A DNA stretch of 64,000 bases from positions 362,762,001 through 362,826,000 of the forward strand of contig OZ024742.1 of the NCBI GenBank assembly GCA_964016885.1, read 5' to 3'. The translations under genes and the position numbers were made by a program. Source of the DNA: Eledone cirrhosa (lineage: Eukaryota). Each line of letters begins with the position of its first letter. The stretch's first letter is position 1. The notes below the pieces were generated by a model. The model did no database searches. It was not told the origin of the DNA and saw nothing but the letters and a program-made list of their open reading frames with translations. Below, piece by piece: positions 11,916 to 25,421 of this stretch.

Positions 11916-14109
11916 GGGCCTGAAATTTACACCTACACCACGTAAACCAAACTTCCCCGAAATGAAGGATGACATCATGGAATACTGCCGAAAGCTGCGA
12001 CTAACGGAATTCTTCCACAACGACACCAACACTGAAGACGAATCACTGGTTAGAAATTAAAGCAATTTCTGCCCACAAAGGGGAAGAAATAAAGCACTGG
12101 ACACGTACTGCGAACACATCACCAACTTTCCCTATGAAAAAATTACAAATAAACACACGAAATCAAACCTATCTACACACGAATGGGAAGAATTATTCAC
12201 ACTTAGAAACAACCCTGAGATAACTATCAAAGAAGCCGATAAAGGCAGTACTGTTGTCATTATGAATACGGACTACTATAGGACCCTCGCACTTAACATT
12301 TTAGAAAACAACACATACTATGAAAAAACAGAAAACTACAAACACACCAAAACAATGGGGAACCTTTTGACCTTACTGAATAAATACCGCAACAGCTTAA
12401 CCACAAAAGAGTTTAACTATATAAGCCACTTCAAATGCAATACAAGCTCTTTTTACGGCTTACCGAAACTCCACAAATGTAAACCCATAAACGATGCATG
12501 TGACACCTCAACCAACAATTACATTGAACTAACACCACCAGAAGACCTAAAACTCAGGCCAATTATAGCAGGCCCTACATGTGAAACCCACAGACTTAGC
12601 AACTTTCTGGACATCCTACTGAAACCCTTTCTACAACATATACAGAGCTACATACGAGATGACCTTGACATGCTGAAACACCTCCCTAAAATAGTAAGTG
12701 CAAATACAATTCTTGTCTCCTTTGACGTAATAAACCTCTACACAAACATACCCCACAACTATGGAATAACAGCAGTCCAATACTGGCTTAACACACACCC
12801 ATCAGAAATACCGACACGCATCAACAAAGATTTTATCACTGACAGACTCCGCTTAATCCTACAAAATAACTACTTCACATTCAATGGTTCAACATACAGA
12901 CAAGTATCAGGTACGGCAATGGGCACGAAAGTAACACCCACATATGCCAACCTAGTCATGGGATTCCATGAACAACAAATATACAGTCAGTCCCTTCTCT
13001 TATTTGGAGACTCTTTCCACACACACCTCAAAGCCAATTGGAAAAGATATCTAGACGACTACTTTATCCTATGGCAAGAAGACATGAACTCACTTACTAT
13101 GTTTAAAAACATGATAAACAACATAGATAATAACATACAATTCACAATGGAATCCAATCCCAAGGAATTAGCCTTCTTGGATATTCTCATCTCTGTAATA
13201 GACGGGAAATTAGATACAGATATATTCTATAAACCCACAGATTCCAAGCAATACTTATTTTTCACATCAAGTCACCCAAAACATACAAAACTTAACATTC
13301 CTTACAATTTGGCCAAGCGAATATGTACCATAGTATCAGGTCCACCTAAACGGGAGCAAAGACTAAAGGAACTAAAAGACACCCTTATCTTAAGAGCCTT
13401 TCCACTTGAAATAATCAACAATGGAATAGACAGGGCAAAACACCTAAATCCCCATCAACTTAATAATCCAAAACAGAAAACCACACTCAACACCCTGCCA
13501 TATGTATCCACTTTCAACCCCAGAAATACCGAAATGTTTGATCACCTACACAAAAACCTCCCCATCCTACTTAAAGATGTAAAAATGAAGTCTATTCTTG
13601 AAACACACAAGATCCTTAAAAGTAAAAGACAACCCAAATCACTAAAACGCATTCTCACTGGACCAAATATACCCAAACCAATCCTCAACCCTACAGTTAC
13701 CAAATCTGGTAGAACAAACTGTGGAACGTGCCTCTACCTCACTGAAGGACAAAAATTTACATTTAAAGATGGCCAAACATTTACAGTAAAAAACAATTTC
13801 ACCTGCAACTCGGAGAACTTGATTTACGCAATAACTTGCGGTGGGTGCAAACACAACTACATAGGACAGACGGGCACCTCATTACGCAAAAGAATGACCA
13901 TCCACCGCCAACAAATCCGGGACGCTAGCACAAGAAAAATCCCCTTGAGCAGCCATATTGCGAACTGCGCAGGAATGACACTACCCAACTTTAAAATCTT
14001 CCCCTTCTACAAGTGCTCAGATTCGTTCACACAGCAACAAAGAATAAACAAAGAAAATCTATTCCTTAACAAATTTAAACCAAAACTAAACGGGTTATCA
14101 CCCCAATAG
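11812..14109 (+). CDS. PLE reverse transcriptase + GIY-YIG endonuclease (one in-frame TAA at 12058-12060)
   Basis: INLS..LSKGLKFTPT, ADKGSTVVIM, YGLPKLHK, LRPII, SFDVINLYTNIP, GTAMGT, RYLDD, FLD, YKPTD, CGTC linker, NLIYAITC..C..NYIGQT..LRKR...H, FKPKLN. Confidence 0.92.
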
Positions 14110-14497
14110 AATTGTCATAAAATATAAACACACATACGCACGGAGTGACAGATATATGTGTTTGTATGTGTGCATGTATATAATTATCACTACTTTTAAA
14201 GACCAGAGACCAATTCTGTAGAATCAGGTTTATTCGTTGACAGACCATGCCTTTGTGTGACCAACACATCCATGTTAAACCCTGCACATGCACACACATA
14301 TATCTATATATATATATATGCGCACACAGAATTCACCACTGTCGGTTGCGGGGCCCAATCTACATGAAGAACTCAATGTGATCAGAATGACTTGTATTTT
14401 AATTTCACTGCCCTAACTTATATTATGGAAACAATATATGTGTATGTATGTATATATATATATTTGGAGGCCATTTCTCTGTGTGTGGGTGTATGTA

Positions 14498-14533
<36 letters not shown>

Positions 14534-14664
14534 TGTGGATGTATGTATTGTGTGTGCGTGTGTGTGTGTGTGTGTGTATGTATGTGTGTATTTGGATGTA
14601 TGCGTATGTGTATATATATATATGTGTGTGTGTGTGTATATATATATATATGTGTGTGTATGTG

Positions 14665-14697
<33 letters not shown>

Positions 14698-14868
14698 TTG
14701 TGTGTATGTGTGTATGTATATATATGTGTGTGTATGTATGTGTGGGTGTGTGTATATATATGTGTATGTATATGTGTGTATATATATGTATGTACACATA
14801 TATATATATATGTGTGTGTGTGTGTATGTATGTATGTGTGTATCTGGATGTATGTGTATGTATATATA

Positions 14869-14903
<35 letters not shown>

Positions 14904-14970
14904 GTGTGTGTATGTGTATATATATGTGTGTGTATGTGTGTATGTATATGTATATGTGTGTGTGTATGTA

Positions 14971-15043
<73 letters not shown>

Positions 15044-15371
15044 ATGTATGTGTGGATGAAGGTATGTGTGTATATATAGGTGTAAGTGCACTAAATCCCT
15101 TTCTATCAATCTCCCCTCTCCTACCGAGCACAGGAAGATATATGTATGTATATTGCTTCCACCCCCTCACTGACCAGCAGCTGGCCATTGCTAAATTTGA
15201 CCTTTATAAAATAACCCACACCCCAAATAACTTCTCATTCACTACCAGAAGCAGTCAACGAGTTGCTACCAAGATGAAAACTACTATGAAATCCCACAAT
15301 GAATTCTATACTTGAATTTTTAAATCTGAAATTTTAACTCTTCTTATTATTAATTTTTCTTAATATTAATC

Positions 15372-15419
15372 AACATTTGAAAAGATGGCTTTTGCAGACC
15401 CATCGAAACCGGTCATTTT
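15372..15419 (+). ncRNA. minimal hammerhead ribozyme, U3-A8 variant (3' pLTR)
   Basis: TTGAAAA (15377-15383), GATGG/CCATC stem II, GAAA, palindromic CCGG, GTC site. The 5' pLTR copy at 10373-10420 has GAAA changed to CAAA. Confidence 0.7.
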
Positions 15420-15518
15420 TTATACACTTTATTATTTCCTTACCTTATAAAATTATATGTTTTTTCACAAAAAAGTATTCTGTCTCTTATATATTCCATG
15501 TGCCATTACCAACCTCAA

Positions 15519-15642
<124 letters not shown>

Positions 15643-16429
15643 GTATGTATAATGAAAGGGAAAAGAGTACTTAATACCGAAGTAGAGTTTTAATATTAAT
15701 TTTATTAAGGCTAAATAGAGTCTTGTTACTCTGGTGTTTCTTTACTTATCCCAAGATCCGCAGTGAAGGACCTCGAGCTGTTGTTTCGGTAATCTATTAA
15801 GAGAGGGAAACACTATGGAAGAGAAACACTGAAATGAAACCTGATGTTTATGTGATTACAGGTAATCATTCTTAGATTTGTCATCAGATAATAATCACTG
15901 AAACTTGTTATACAGGCGACTGTCAATATAACTCATCGTGTACAGATGTCTCTTTTACAATCTTCTCATCTGCAATTCTATTACAACAGCGGGGATAGAG
16001 TATTGCTCCGAACTTCTTGTAACGTATTGCTATATACGTGGTGTCACGTGAATTTGTGAGGTAACCTCGGGGTTGGTGTGTAGTATAGGTGGAAACAGTC
16101 ATGGTTCTCCAGTTACCTGTGCTAATAAGTCCTATGTTCGAGAGTTTTCGGTGGTTGGGGAGGGGATATTTGTTATGCCATCAAGGGTATGGACTTGCAG
16201 GAATAAGTGAGGTGATGTTGAGAGAGTTATCATATGACAAGATGAAACAATCGCACTCTCTTACACAACACACACACACACAAACACACGCGCGCGCGGA
16301 CACACACATATACATACATACATATATATATTGGCAACATGACCCTCCCAAAGTATAACAATATATATATAAAATCATCTCTAAAAATAGACCACACACC
16401 AACAACATAACATCTAACATCAAACGCAA

Positions 16430-16798
16430 CACTATAACGGCATCACAACCAACAATATAACGGCATCACAACCAGCAACATAACGGCATCACAACCAACA
16501 ATATAACGACATCACAACCAGCAATATAACGGTATCACAACCAGCAATATAACGGTATCACAACCAGCAATATAACGGCATCACAACCAGCAATATGACA
16601 TCATCACAACCACCAATATAACGGCATCACAACCAGTAACATAACGGGATCGCAACCAGCAATATAACGGCATCACAACCAGTAATATACCGGCATCACA
16701 GCCACCAATATAACGGCATCACAACCAGCAATATAACAGCATCACAACCAGCAATATAACGGCATCACAACCAGCAATATGACGGCATCACAACCAGC
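16430..16798. repeat. 23-bp minisatellite, ~16 copies
   Basis: Unit AATATAACGGCATCACAACCAGC. Confidence 0.9.
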
Positions 16799-16859
16799 CT
16801 GTCGACAATATGACACACCAACACAACAAAAAAGATACCAACATCCCAGCCTAATTCAA

Positions 16860-18135
16860 GCCACACATCAGACTATAACGAAGATACAATACACAGGAAG
16901 TCCACTAAGTACAACTGCCACCTACCAGATAAATGCCACTATAAAACAAATGCCTTGAATCTAATATAGTGTATCAATCTACTATAAAATCGGGCGACCA
17001 GGAATTGTATTACATAGGTTTTACAACAAACGAATTTAAAAAACGCTGGTATGTGCATAGACATTCGATTAAAAACTGTAGACTTAGAAACACGACGACA
17101 CTAGACGTCGTGTTTCTAAAATCTGGCAGCTTGTGGATAACAAACAAGAATAAAAACTAAGCTGCCAGGTCCTACACACACGGGATGTCCCAATGCAAAT
17201 TGTGTAATATGGAATTACTCCACATTTTACAATGCCATAACAAATTACTAAATACTGTAGGCACAAAGCCACCAACACATTCATAAAGTACAACACAAAA
17301 TAAGCAGGATTCGATCCAATAACCTAACTGTTTGTATAAACATTATAATTCCCTTGTAGCATTTGAAGACTTGGCGCCACTGGTCATCTTAAACACATCT
17401 CTCTTATCACCTTAAAACGACATCTCAAATCTACCATAACTTATCTTGCAAACATAACCATTTATCTATCACCAACCGTAATAAACAAGTAGATGCATCA
17501 ATCCACCCCAAAGACATCAAAGGACGTACCATTAACCAATCAAATACAAGGAAAAAATTCTAACCAATCAGATGCAAGAAAAAGTGGTGGTCTAAGAACA
17601 CTCCCAGAGTAAATAGGAACTTTATCTTTATAGACCCCTTCAATTATCTTGCCCTCACATATTGTATCAGTCATTTAAAATTATCATAGTTGCTCTCATT
17701 CTATACCTCTACTATATTAACCCTTCATCTTTATTACACATCGGACATATAAACCCCTACATATCTTTTAGTTTTATTATATTTTTTCTCTTATTTTTCA
17801 TCTTAATGTCTGTATACGTATGTTTATAGATTTATTTAATTTTTGATCTCATTTTATTTTATCTTATCATCTCTCATTTCACTTCTCTTCTCTTCTTGAT
17901 GTTTTTCATATTAATGTTTGTTGACCTCAGTATAAATACGACGTATCACCTGCTCTAAAGTAGTATTTCGAGAATTTGGCTGGTATAAGTAGTATTTAAA
18001 ATCGAATGTCGCAACAGCACCGCAGATTTTTAGATGCATTCAACCACATGCTGGCCAATGAAACATATGTTAATACTTGGAATAAACCCTTTTGTAGAGC
18101 TTATCCGTGTTATTATTCATTCCTTCATTATATAT
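16860..18135 (+). mobile_element. decayed Naiad-type PLE 3' remnant (GIY-YIG + 3' UTR)
   Basis: VYQSTIK..YYIGFTTNEFKKRWYVHRHSIKN..NTTTL resembles the endonuclease of 49938-51566. A degenerate hammerhead lies at 17962-18077 (TTGGCTGG/CTGGCCAA, GAAA-CATATG-TT, AGTATT/AATACT). Confidence 0.7.
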
Positions 18136-18428
18136 ACTAGCAGAAAAACCGCCTGCGGGCGTTTTTTCTGCTAGCATATGTGGTGTGCATATTGATATTA
18201 AGCGCAAATATATATGCATATATTGTTATTCTTGGGGAGAGTCATATTTGTGTAATATTGCCAGAATTAATAACAGAACACACTCACTGTTTGGTTGGTT
18301 TTCGCTTTTCGCTTCTGCGTCTTTTATATCGGTAATCTAATTTATTCGGTCCTCAATGTTGCCATTGACTGACCAACGGTCAAAAATAATACAGATACAA
18401 TATAGACACAAACACATATATATAGTTT

Positions 18429-18470
18429 ATCAAAGTTCTTTCGTTGCACATCTGCAACATCGTCAGTGGT
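18429..18470 (-). ncRNA. minimal hammerhead ribozyme (GAAC stem III)
   Basis: Reverse strand reads ACCA-CTGACGA-T-GTTGCA gatg TGCAAC-GAAA-GAAC-TT-TGAT. Confidence 0.7.
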
Positions 18471-18571
18471 GCTATTGTTTCCTCCCATTGCATTGTATTT
18501 TCTACGCCATCTTTATTTAGTCTGTTTATATGCATATAGATATATGTAAATTGAAAAGTAAATTGACAATA

Positions 18572-19250
18572 TCTTCTTCTTCACCCACTTATTTCTGAGA
18601 GGATCATGAGGGCAGAGTCTTTCTCAAACACTCCTTCCAGCGAGTCTGTCAGTAGCATACATCTCTAACTGATCCAGCTCAATCCCAAAGCGTGACCAGC
18701 CAAGCTCATGGATGTTATCCAACTATCTTGCTCAGGGTCTACCTCTGGGTCTCTTGCCGGTTGGTTTTGCCTGTAAAATGTGTCCAGCGATTCTTTACTG
18801 AGACATTCTAACCACATGCTCATAATATCAGAGTTGTGACTCTCAACTCGGAGAAGTAGCAGCTCTACCAGGAGTGATTCTCTGGTCTTTGAGCTATGCA
18901 CTTTATCAAGTAACGTTACTCTAAAGGCCCTTCGGAGGAATCCCATTTCTGCCACTTTTATTTGCAATTGTATTCTTTTGGTCATTCCTCAAGATTCATG
19001 ATCCTAGGTAAGAGTTGGCAGGAATACCAGGAAGACAGTGAGTTTGGCTTTTACACTTACGCCCGCCACTTCATCTTATTGCTGAATGCTGAGGCTGGCG
19101 CATTACTGCATCAGCTTTTGCACTTAATTCAGCATCATGCATTCCATCACTCAAGAACACGGCTCTAAGATACTTGTACTTCTCTAACTGCTTCAGTAGA
19201 ACTCTATTCACATGTATATAAATTTGAGGGACTTCTGTCCACCCGTCCAT
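18572..19250 (-). mobile_element. RTE-clade LINE 3' fragment
   Basis: LEKYKYL, IKVAEMGFLRR..VTLLDKV..RESLLVE; short (GAA)n tail. Confidence 0.75.
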
Positions 19251-19419
19251 CACACAATGTGTATGTGTGTTTGTGTGAATGCATGTGTGTGTAAAAGGAA
19301 GGAAAGGGATACACACATATATGTCTAACTTAAAAACAGTGATACACACACACGTGTCTCTAATTTAAGAACGCTGACAAACTCACGCGCGCGCACATAC
19401 ACACACTGTCCTATTACTA

Positions 19420-19710
19420 CTTAAAAGCTTTGGCCCGGGCAAACATCCCCTCAATTCTGAAACCGTCTGGGATTCCCAGAATTGATGGGAAAAGACTTGA
19501 CGGTCTTACTCTGTGCTCCTGGTCAAGGTAAGGCAGGTGCCTTGCCTGGGACGTCACAGTTAGTGACTCTTTTGCTTCATCCCACATCATGGATGCAGCG
19601 GTAAGGGCGAGAGATACAGCATCTGCAGCTGAATGGAACAAAATCCTAAAATACCATGTTCTGTTAGCTAACTACATTATCCAGCCTATGTGGTCTAAGA
19701 TGTGGGTATT
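19420..19710 (+). pseudogene. CRE-clade non-LTR retrotransposon restriction-like endonuclease remnant
   Basis: Plus frame reads ALARANIPSILKPSGIPRIDGKRLDGLTLCSWSR*GRCLAWDVTVSDSFA..SAAEWNKILKYHVL, matching the DGKRPDG..W..WDVT..AE..K..KY pattern. Confidence 0.7.
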
Positions 19711-20210
19711 ACCTGCCAGTGTATTTTTTCTCTTCCTTTTTTCCCTTTCCCTTTCCTTTTTATACATTATATTTATTTGTGTTTTCGTTCTGTAAGAATT
19801 ATATTAAACTAGCAGAAAACCATCCTTCGTGTGGTTTTCTGCTAGCATGTGTAGTATGCATAGTGATATTATATACAAGTATATATACATGTAGATATGA
19901 TACATCAAATAAAATCGTAATTGACAATATACACAGAAATTGAACGAAGACTGCGTTACACTGTCTTATGTAATCAGTAACGTAATCCATGATAAATTAA
20001 GAAAGACGGTATTATATATAAACTGCGCTGGGAGAAGATTAGTGACGGAAATATATGAATGTTTATTTAAGCGATCGCTAAACGGAAGTGTTGACATTTG
20101 AAAATTTTAAAGAAGTGAATCTTTAAATAAGCTATAAATTATATTTAACCAACAGCCACGAAATTTAGCACAAAAATAATATAATATTCATTCATTATTT
20201 ATTCAAATAA

Positions 20211-20400
20211 GGCGGCAGATTGGCAGTATCGGTAGAGGGTCGGACACCATACTTTCTAGCATAGTTACGTCCCTTTGTGATCTGAGTTCAAATCCCGCCG
20301 AGGTTGACTTTGCCTTTCATCCTTACGGGGTAGATAAAATAAAGTACCAGTAATGCACTGGGTAATTGCTGGCCTTGTGCCTAAAGTAGAAACAATTATT
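20211..20400 (+). mobile_element. SINE (octopus-type). Further copies at ~21090-21210, 30845-30955(-), 36115-36255, 44165-44350, 44820-45000(-)
   Basis: GGCGGCAGATTGGCAG...GAGTTCAAATCCCGCCGAGGTTGACTTTGCCTTTCATCC...GATAAAATAAAGTACCAG...AGTAGAAACAATTATT. Confidence 0.7.
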
Positions 20401-21245
20401 TATTCAAAGTAATCCAACTTATTTTACAAATGGTGTAAAAAAATATACTCTGGACGCAGTCCCGCACTCCTTACTTCATTATAGTTAAGATTCTTATACA
20501 AATGAGTTTAAAAAAGAGTTAAATTGTGTTGTTAATAAATAAATAAAACGTTATACTTGTTTTACCCTCCCATTTCCAATTCACCGAATGCAGCTATCTT
20601 GACTGTGTGTGGGTGTTTGTGTATATGTATGTGTAAATGTATGTATGTGTTTGTGTAAATGTATGTGTGAAAGTATGTGTATTTGTGTGAATGTATGTGT
20701 ATTTACGTGAATGTCCGTGAGCGTGTATTTTTATAAGTTTGTGTTGGCGCGATTATAGTTATAGACTCATACATATAGATGTATAAATATGCACATACAC
20801 ATAGTTACGCGTCAGCGTGTAGAAACTCATAATCACTCTAATGTATGTCTCTCATCACACACTCTCTCTTTCTATATATATGGTAGTTGAATTGGTGGTG
20901 GTGGCGGTGATATACCGGAAGTGTAGAAATTTGAAACTTTGAAAAGAAGTCAATTTTAAATAAACAATAAAATTAATTCTATTAATATTTATATTAAATT
21001 TAATTTAGTACATAAATTATGTAATATTCACTCATTATTTATACAAAGTTAGAGTTACACCCTTTTACGCATAGAGTTACGCTCCTTTCCATTTTGAATT
21101 GAAATCCCGCCGAGGTTAAATTAGCCTTTCATCCTTACGGGGTCGATAAAATAAAGTACCAGTAATGCATTGGTAAATTGCTGGCCTTTGCCAAAAGTAG
21201 AAACAATTAATTATTCAAGGTAATCAAACTTATTTTACTAACTGG

Positions 21246-21327
<82 letters not shown>

Positions 21328-21638
21328 AATGGCTTCTACAGGACTAGAAATGTTTCATTCGAAGGAAACGGCTCTAGACCTGTAGAAGCCATTTCTATCA
21401 TCATCATCATCATCGTTTAACGTCTATCTTTCACGCTAGCATGGTTTGGATGGGTTTATCCCATTTAGAGGCAAGTGAGTCGGCTGACCATGTCTCGGTC
21501 ATATAGGACTTTTTCTGGCTGGCTTTCTAGCGCCTATATTAAACATTATATACTCTACTATGTATTGACTACCGTTCTTACCGTGATTACCCCCCGATTG
21601 AACCCGGGATACAGACACACACATACACACACGCTACC

Positions 21639-21709
<71 letters not shown>

Positions 21710-21970
21710 ATACTTTGGGAGGGTCATGTTGCCAATAAGAAACACACGCACCAGTCGCTTTCATTTCAATTTATTATAATAAATTTATAATAAATTTATA
21801 AATTTATAAATTTCTGGTTGGTTGTTTGGTTCCACAACCAGATAGTTGTTTATATATTGTCATAGTTCCAATCTATTGGAATAGAATAGAAAGAAGATAG
21901 AATAGAAAGAACTAGGAACAAGGCTAATAGAATAAACTCATGGTATGATAGCAATAAATACCAGAGTGTA

Positions 21971-22504
21971 ATGTTCATCGATACAACCCCTAGAGGTGAA
22001 TTAGCTTACAAATTTAGAAGGGCCCTAAATAAACATAAACTCAATATTAAGATAGCAGAAAGACCAGGTACCTCCGTAAAAACACTTATTAGCAAGACAT
22101 ACTCTTTTCAAAGACCCTCATGTATAGATAAGAAATGTATAACCTGTAAAATAAGCCCCCATATTAACGGTAAAACTAGAAATGTAATGTATAGCATAAG
22201 ATGTACTGAAGGACATTGTAGAGACAAAACTATAGTGTACATAGGTGAGACAGCTCGTAGTGTAGGGGAACGGATAAATGAACACTGGCGAGACCTTCAA
22301 GATAGTAAAGAATCATCTGTACTCTACCAACATGCTAAAATAGAACACAAGGGTAAATTAGAGAACATAGAAATAAAAATAGAATCTACACACAGAAAAG
22401 ACGCAATGTTTAGACAAATTACAGAGGCAATAAACATAAAAGAATTACAACCAAAATTAAATAGAAAATATGAGTGGAACAGCAACATCACAACTTACAA
22501 TTAA
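21971..22504 (+). CDS. PLE GIY-YIG endonuclease domain (fragment)
   Basis: TPRGEL..IKIAERPG..CxxxxCxxC..NVMYSIRC..C..VYIGETARS..ERINEH..EAINI...PKLNRKYEW. Confidence 0.85.
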   Translation: MFIDTTPRGELAYKFRRALNKHKLNIKIAERPGTSVKTLISKTYSFQRPSCIDKKCITCKISPHINGKTRNVMYSIRCTEGHCRDKTIVYIGETARSVGERINEHWRDLQDSKESSVLYQHAKIEHKGKLENIEIKIESTHRKDAMFRQITEAINIKELQPKLNRKYEWNSNITTYN

Positions 22505-22707
22505 GGACAAAATGAAAACACACACACACACATAGAACAAACAACCAACCAGTAACATGTAAATAAACAAATAAATAAATGAACATAAACACGCACAGAC
22601 TCCCGGATGTGGCGCATGCGCAGACTGAGCACACAACACACACACAGAAACAAAATGGCGTAGGACAGAACAAAGGAGAGGCACAGAAACAAAGAAAGGA
22701 ATCCCCA

Positions 22708-22750
22708 GTCACTGAAGAGGTCACAGAGTGTGTGACGAAAGAACTATGAC
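22708..22750 (+). ncRNA. minimal hammerhead ribozyme (GAAC stem III)
   Basis: GTCA-CTGAAGA-G-GTCACA gagtg TGTGAC-GAAA-GAAC-TA-TGAC. Confidence 0.8.
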
Positions 22751-24085
22751 AATATATAAACAACTATCTGGTTGTGGAACCAACCAACCAACCATAAATT
22801 TATAAATTTATAAATTTATAAATTTATTATAAATTTATTATAATAAATTGAAGTGAAACGACTGGTGCGTGTGTTTCTTATTGGCAACATGACCCTCCCA
22901 AAGTATAACAATATCGGTTTCAACACGCGATTTCAGATAAAGAATCTTGCTAAACAAATTCAGAAACGAAATATATATATATATATGAGTGCGTTTGTGT
23001 GTGTTTATATGTTTGTATGTATGTAAAAGGTAAACAGAAATAATTAAAATTAAAACAAAAGTCACGGAACACCACTTCAACATCACTACACCACCAACAT
23101 ATGTCTCTTTTTATATCTCTCTCTATATCTCTCTCTCTCTTTATATATCTCCCTCCCGTCTCTCTCTCTTTATCTCTCTTTTTATCTCTCCCACCCTCTC
23201 TCTCTTTATCTTTTTCTTCATCTCTCCCTCTTTTTCTCTCTCTATCGCTCTCTCTTTTCTCTCCTTCTTTTTCTGTCTCTCTCTTTATCTCCCCCTCTTT
23301 CTCCCTCTTTATCTTTCTCTCTTTATCTCTCCCTCTCTTCCTCTCTCTCCTCTTGGTTTTGTTTTCTATCTGTAAAGGACATTAAATAATGTTCTCTGTC
23401 TGCTGTGGCTTATCAGTATGTATGTATGTATGTATGTATGTATGTGTGTGTGTGTGTGTATGTATGTGTGGGTGTGTGTGTGTGTGTGTATGTGTGTGCG
23501 TGTATGTGTGTGTGTGTATGTATGTATGAAGAGAGAGAGAGAAAGTGAGAGACAGGTAAAGATGGAGGGAGAAAAACAGGTGGAGTTAACAAGGTAGTTA
23601 CATCTAATGCTTTTGATCATAGGATTAATCAATAAGGATTGTTCTACAACAACAACAACAACAGCAACAACAATAATAATAACAACAACAATAAAAACAA
23701 CCACGTGTAGTGTTTCGTTAGGCTTCTTCAAATTGTGAATACGATGTTTTATCCTTCTGGTAAAACATTGCAGCAATCAGTTGCTGGATTAAGAGGATCC
23801 ACTGTACCGCCTCCACAACAATTTGTAGCTTCCTATTAATATAGAAGTCAGCTTTTATCGATCCTCCAGGCGGCAATGTGGCAGAGTTGTAACAACCTCC
23901 GATAGAACCTTTTACTGTAATTGTTTCAGCTATTGGCGTTCTGAGTTCAAATCTCGTGGGAATAACTTTGCAATTTATCGTTTCAGTGGTCAAGAAATAA
24001 CACTACTCCAGTGAACCGTGAATTGGTGATGTTAAAGCTTTTGTCTGATCCGGCTCTCAACATTTAGAGTTCAAATATTGCCCAA

Positions 24086-24416
24086 TCTCGGGTCCCAAAT
24101 AATAGGGGGCTGGAATAGGGGGAGGTGTGTACAAAATCGTTAAATTTTCTAGGTTGTCACCGTTGATAAAAAAAACTCAGAATTAATCGTTTAGTTTTAT
24201 ATATATAGAGCCTAACCTATCCTATTTATTTTATAACGTATGGCATTTGTAATACTTTACTTTTTATATCATGTGTAATGTTTTGCAATGAATAAAAAAA
24301 ATTAAAATTAAATTTCGTCCGAGTTAGATTAGCAAAATCCATATGCTTGGTGAGGAAAAAAAATCTTTAAAATTAATAAGCGGGTGGCGTTGGGTATTAT
24401 TGGAGACCCGTGAGTA
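24086..24416. mobile_element. decayed MITE-like DNA element. Related pieces at ~3799-4225 and ~58394-58800
   Basis: Imperfect TIRs CTCGGGTCCCAAATAATA / TATTATTGGAGACCCGTGAG. Internal sequence is shared among the three loci. Confidence 0.45.
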
Positions 24417-25384
24417 CATATGCCAGGAGTTGCGATGATGACAATATAATATGAGCAATGGAATGTCCAATGGAAACATAAGTTCCTTCGTTCAGTCTGA
24501 TTGGCAGTCTCTTTCCGTCTTCCCCTCGACGTGGAGGATGATTTCAGATATATATTTAGTTCTGTATTACAGTATATTTTGAGATCTGTTATATTGTTTA
24601 CATCGTAAATATTAATGCTTATATCGACAGAGAAAGTTAAACACCGACTTAAATACCAAACAGTATTTAGATGTCTCCCTTACCAAAATCAATAATATCA
24701 GGAGTATACTGGGTTCTTGCTGCATTAAAAGAGTTCAATAAAATGAAGTGCCAATCACGGACAAGAGTCGATATAAACAACATTTCCCTCTACTAAAATT
24801 TCTAATCTTAATTCCTGCCCAAATCAGTATCGGTTGATGAGGCAAGGCCGATTAATCAACAATCGGTTATTGACCTATTTACTTATCGATACACCCCTAG
24901 TATCGACTATGCCAAATCACTGTCGTTTACTAATGTTAAAAAAACAACAAAACCGATACATTCTATGTTTATTAGATTCGAACTGAGGATCTTTTCAACC
25001 TTTCACACCAGACATCTCAACTACAACAGAGAATTTTAAACTTGGTAAAGTTTACAACTTATTTATAATAGAATTTCAGTAACGCACAGTAAACAATTTT
25101 ATTCCATGTTAAAAATATATCTTGCCAAATGGTAAATTCTCATCGTCCTGCCGGGAGATATTTTTTCTCCAACATAGGAGTGGGATATTAATATGAAATC
25201 TTACATGAAGAGATTGTATCAATAATAGAGGTTGGACACAAGCAAAACACTCTTTAACAGTTCTCTTCTACTGGGTCAAGGAATCTCTGTCAAGGAATCT
25301 GTCAAGGAATCTGTCAAGGAATCTCTTCTCAGATAATTGCGTACTAAGCAAAAACATTACACACACACAACACACACTCACACA

Positions 25385-25421
<37 letters not shown>

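Larger units (their letters stand above)
21703..22913 (+). mobile_element. 5'-truncated PLE (Nematis/Neptune-like) with inverted pLTR
   Basis: 21703-21868 is the reverse complement of 22741-22912. GIY-YIG ORF and hammerhead present. A ~33-nt tail of the same family lies at 16329-16363. Confidence 0.85.

Noticed and set aside
15775-15895. Hammerhead-like CTGATGA..AATCTA/TAGATT..GAAAC on the minus strand
   Set aside because: No stem I or NUH site could be fitted. It may be a decayed motif in a PLE tail but is not supportable.
16430-16798. CRISPR-like or coding repeat
   Set aside because: Contiguous 23-bp units without spacers. The unit length is not a multiple of three.
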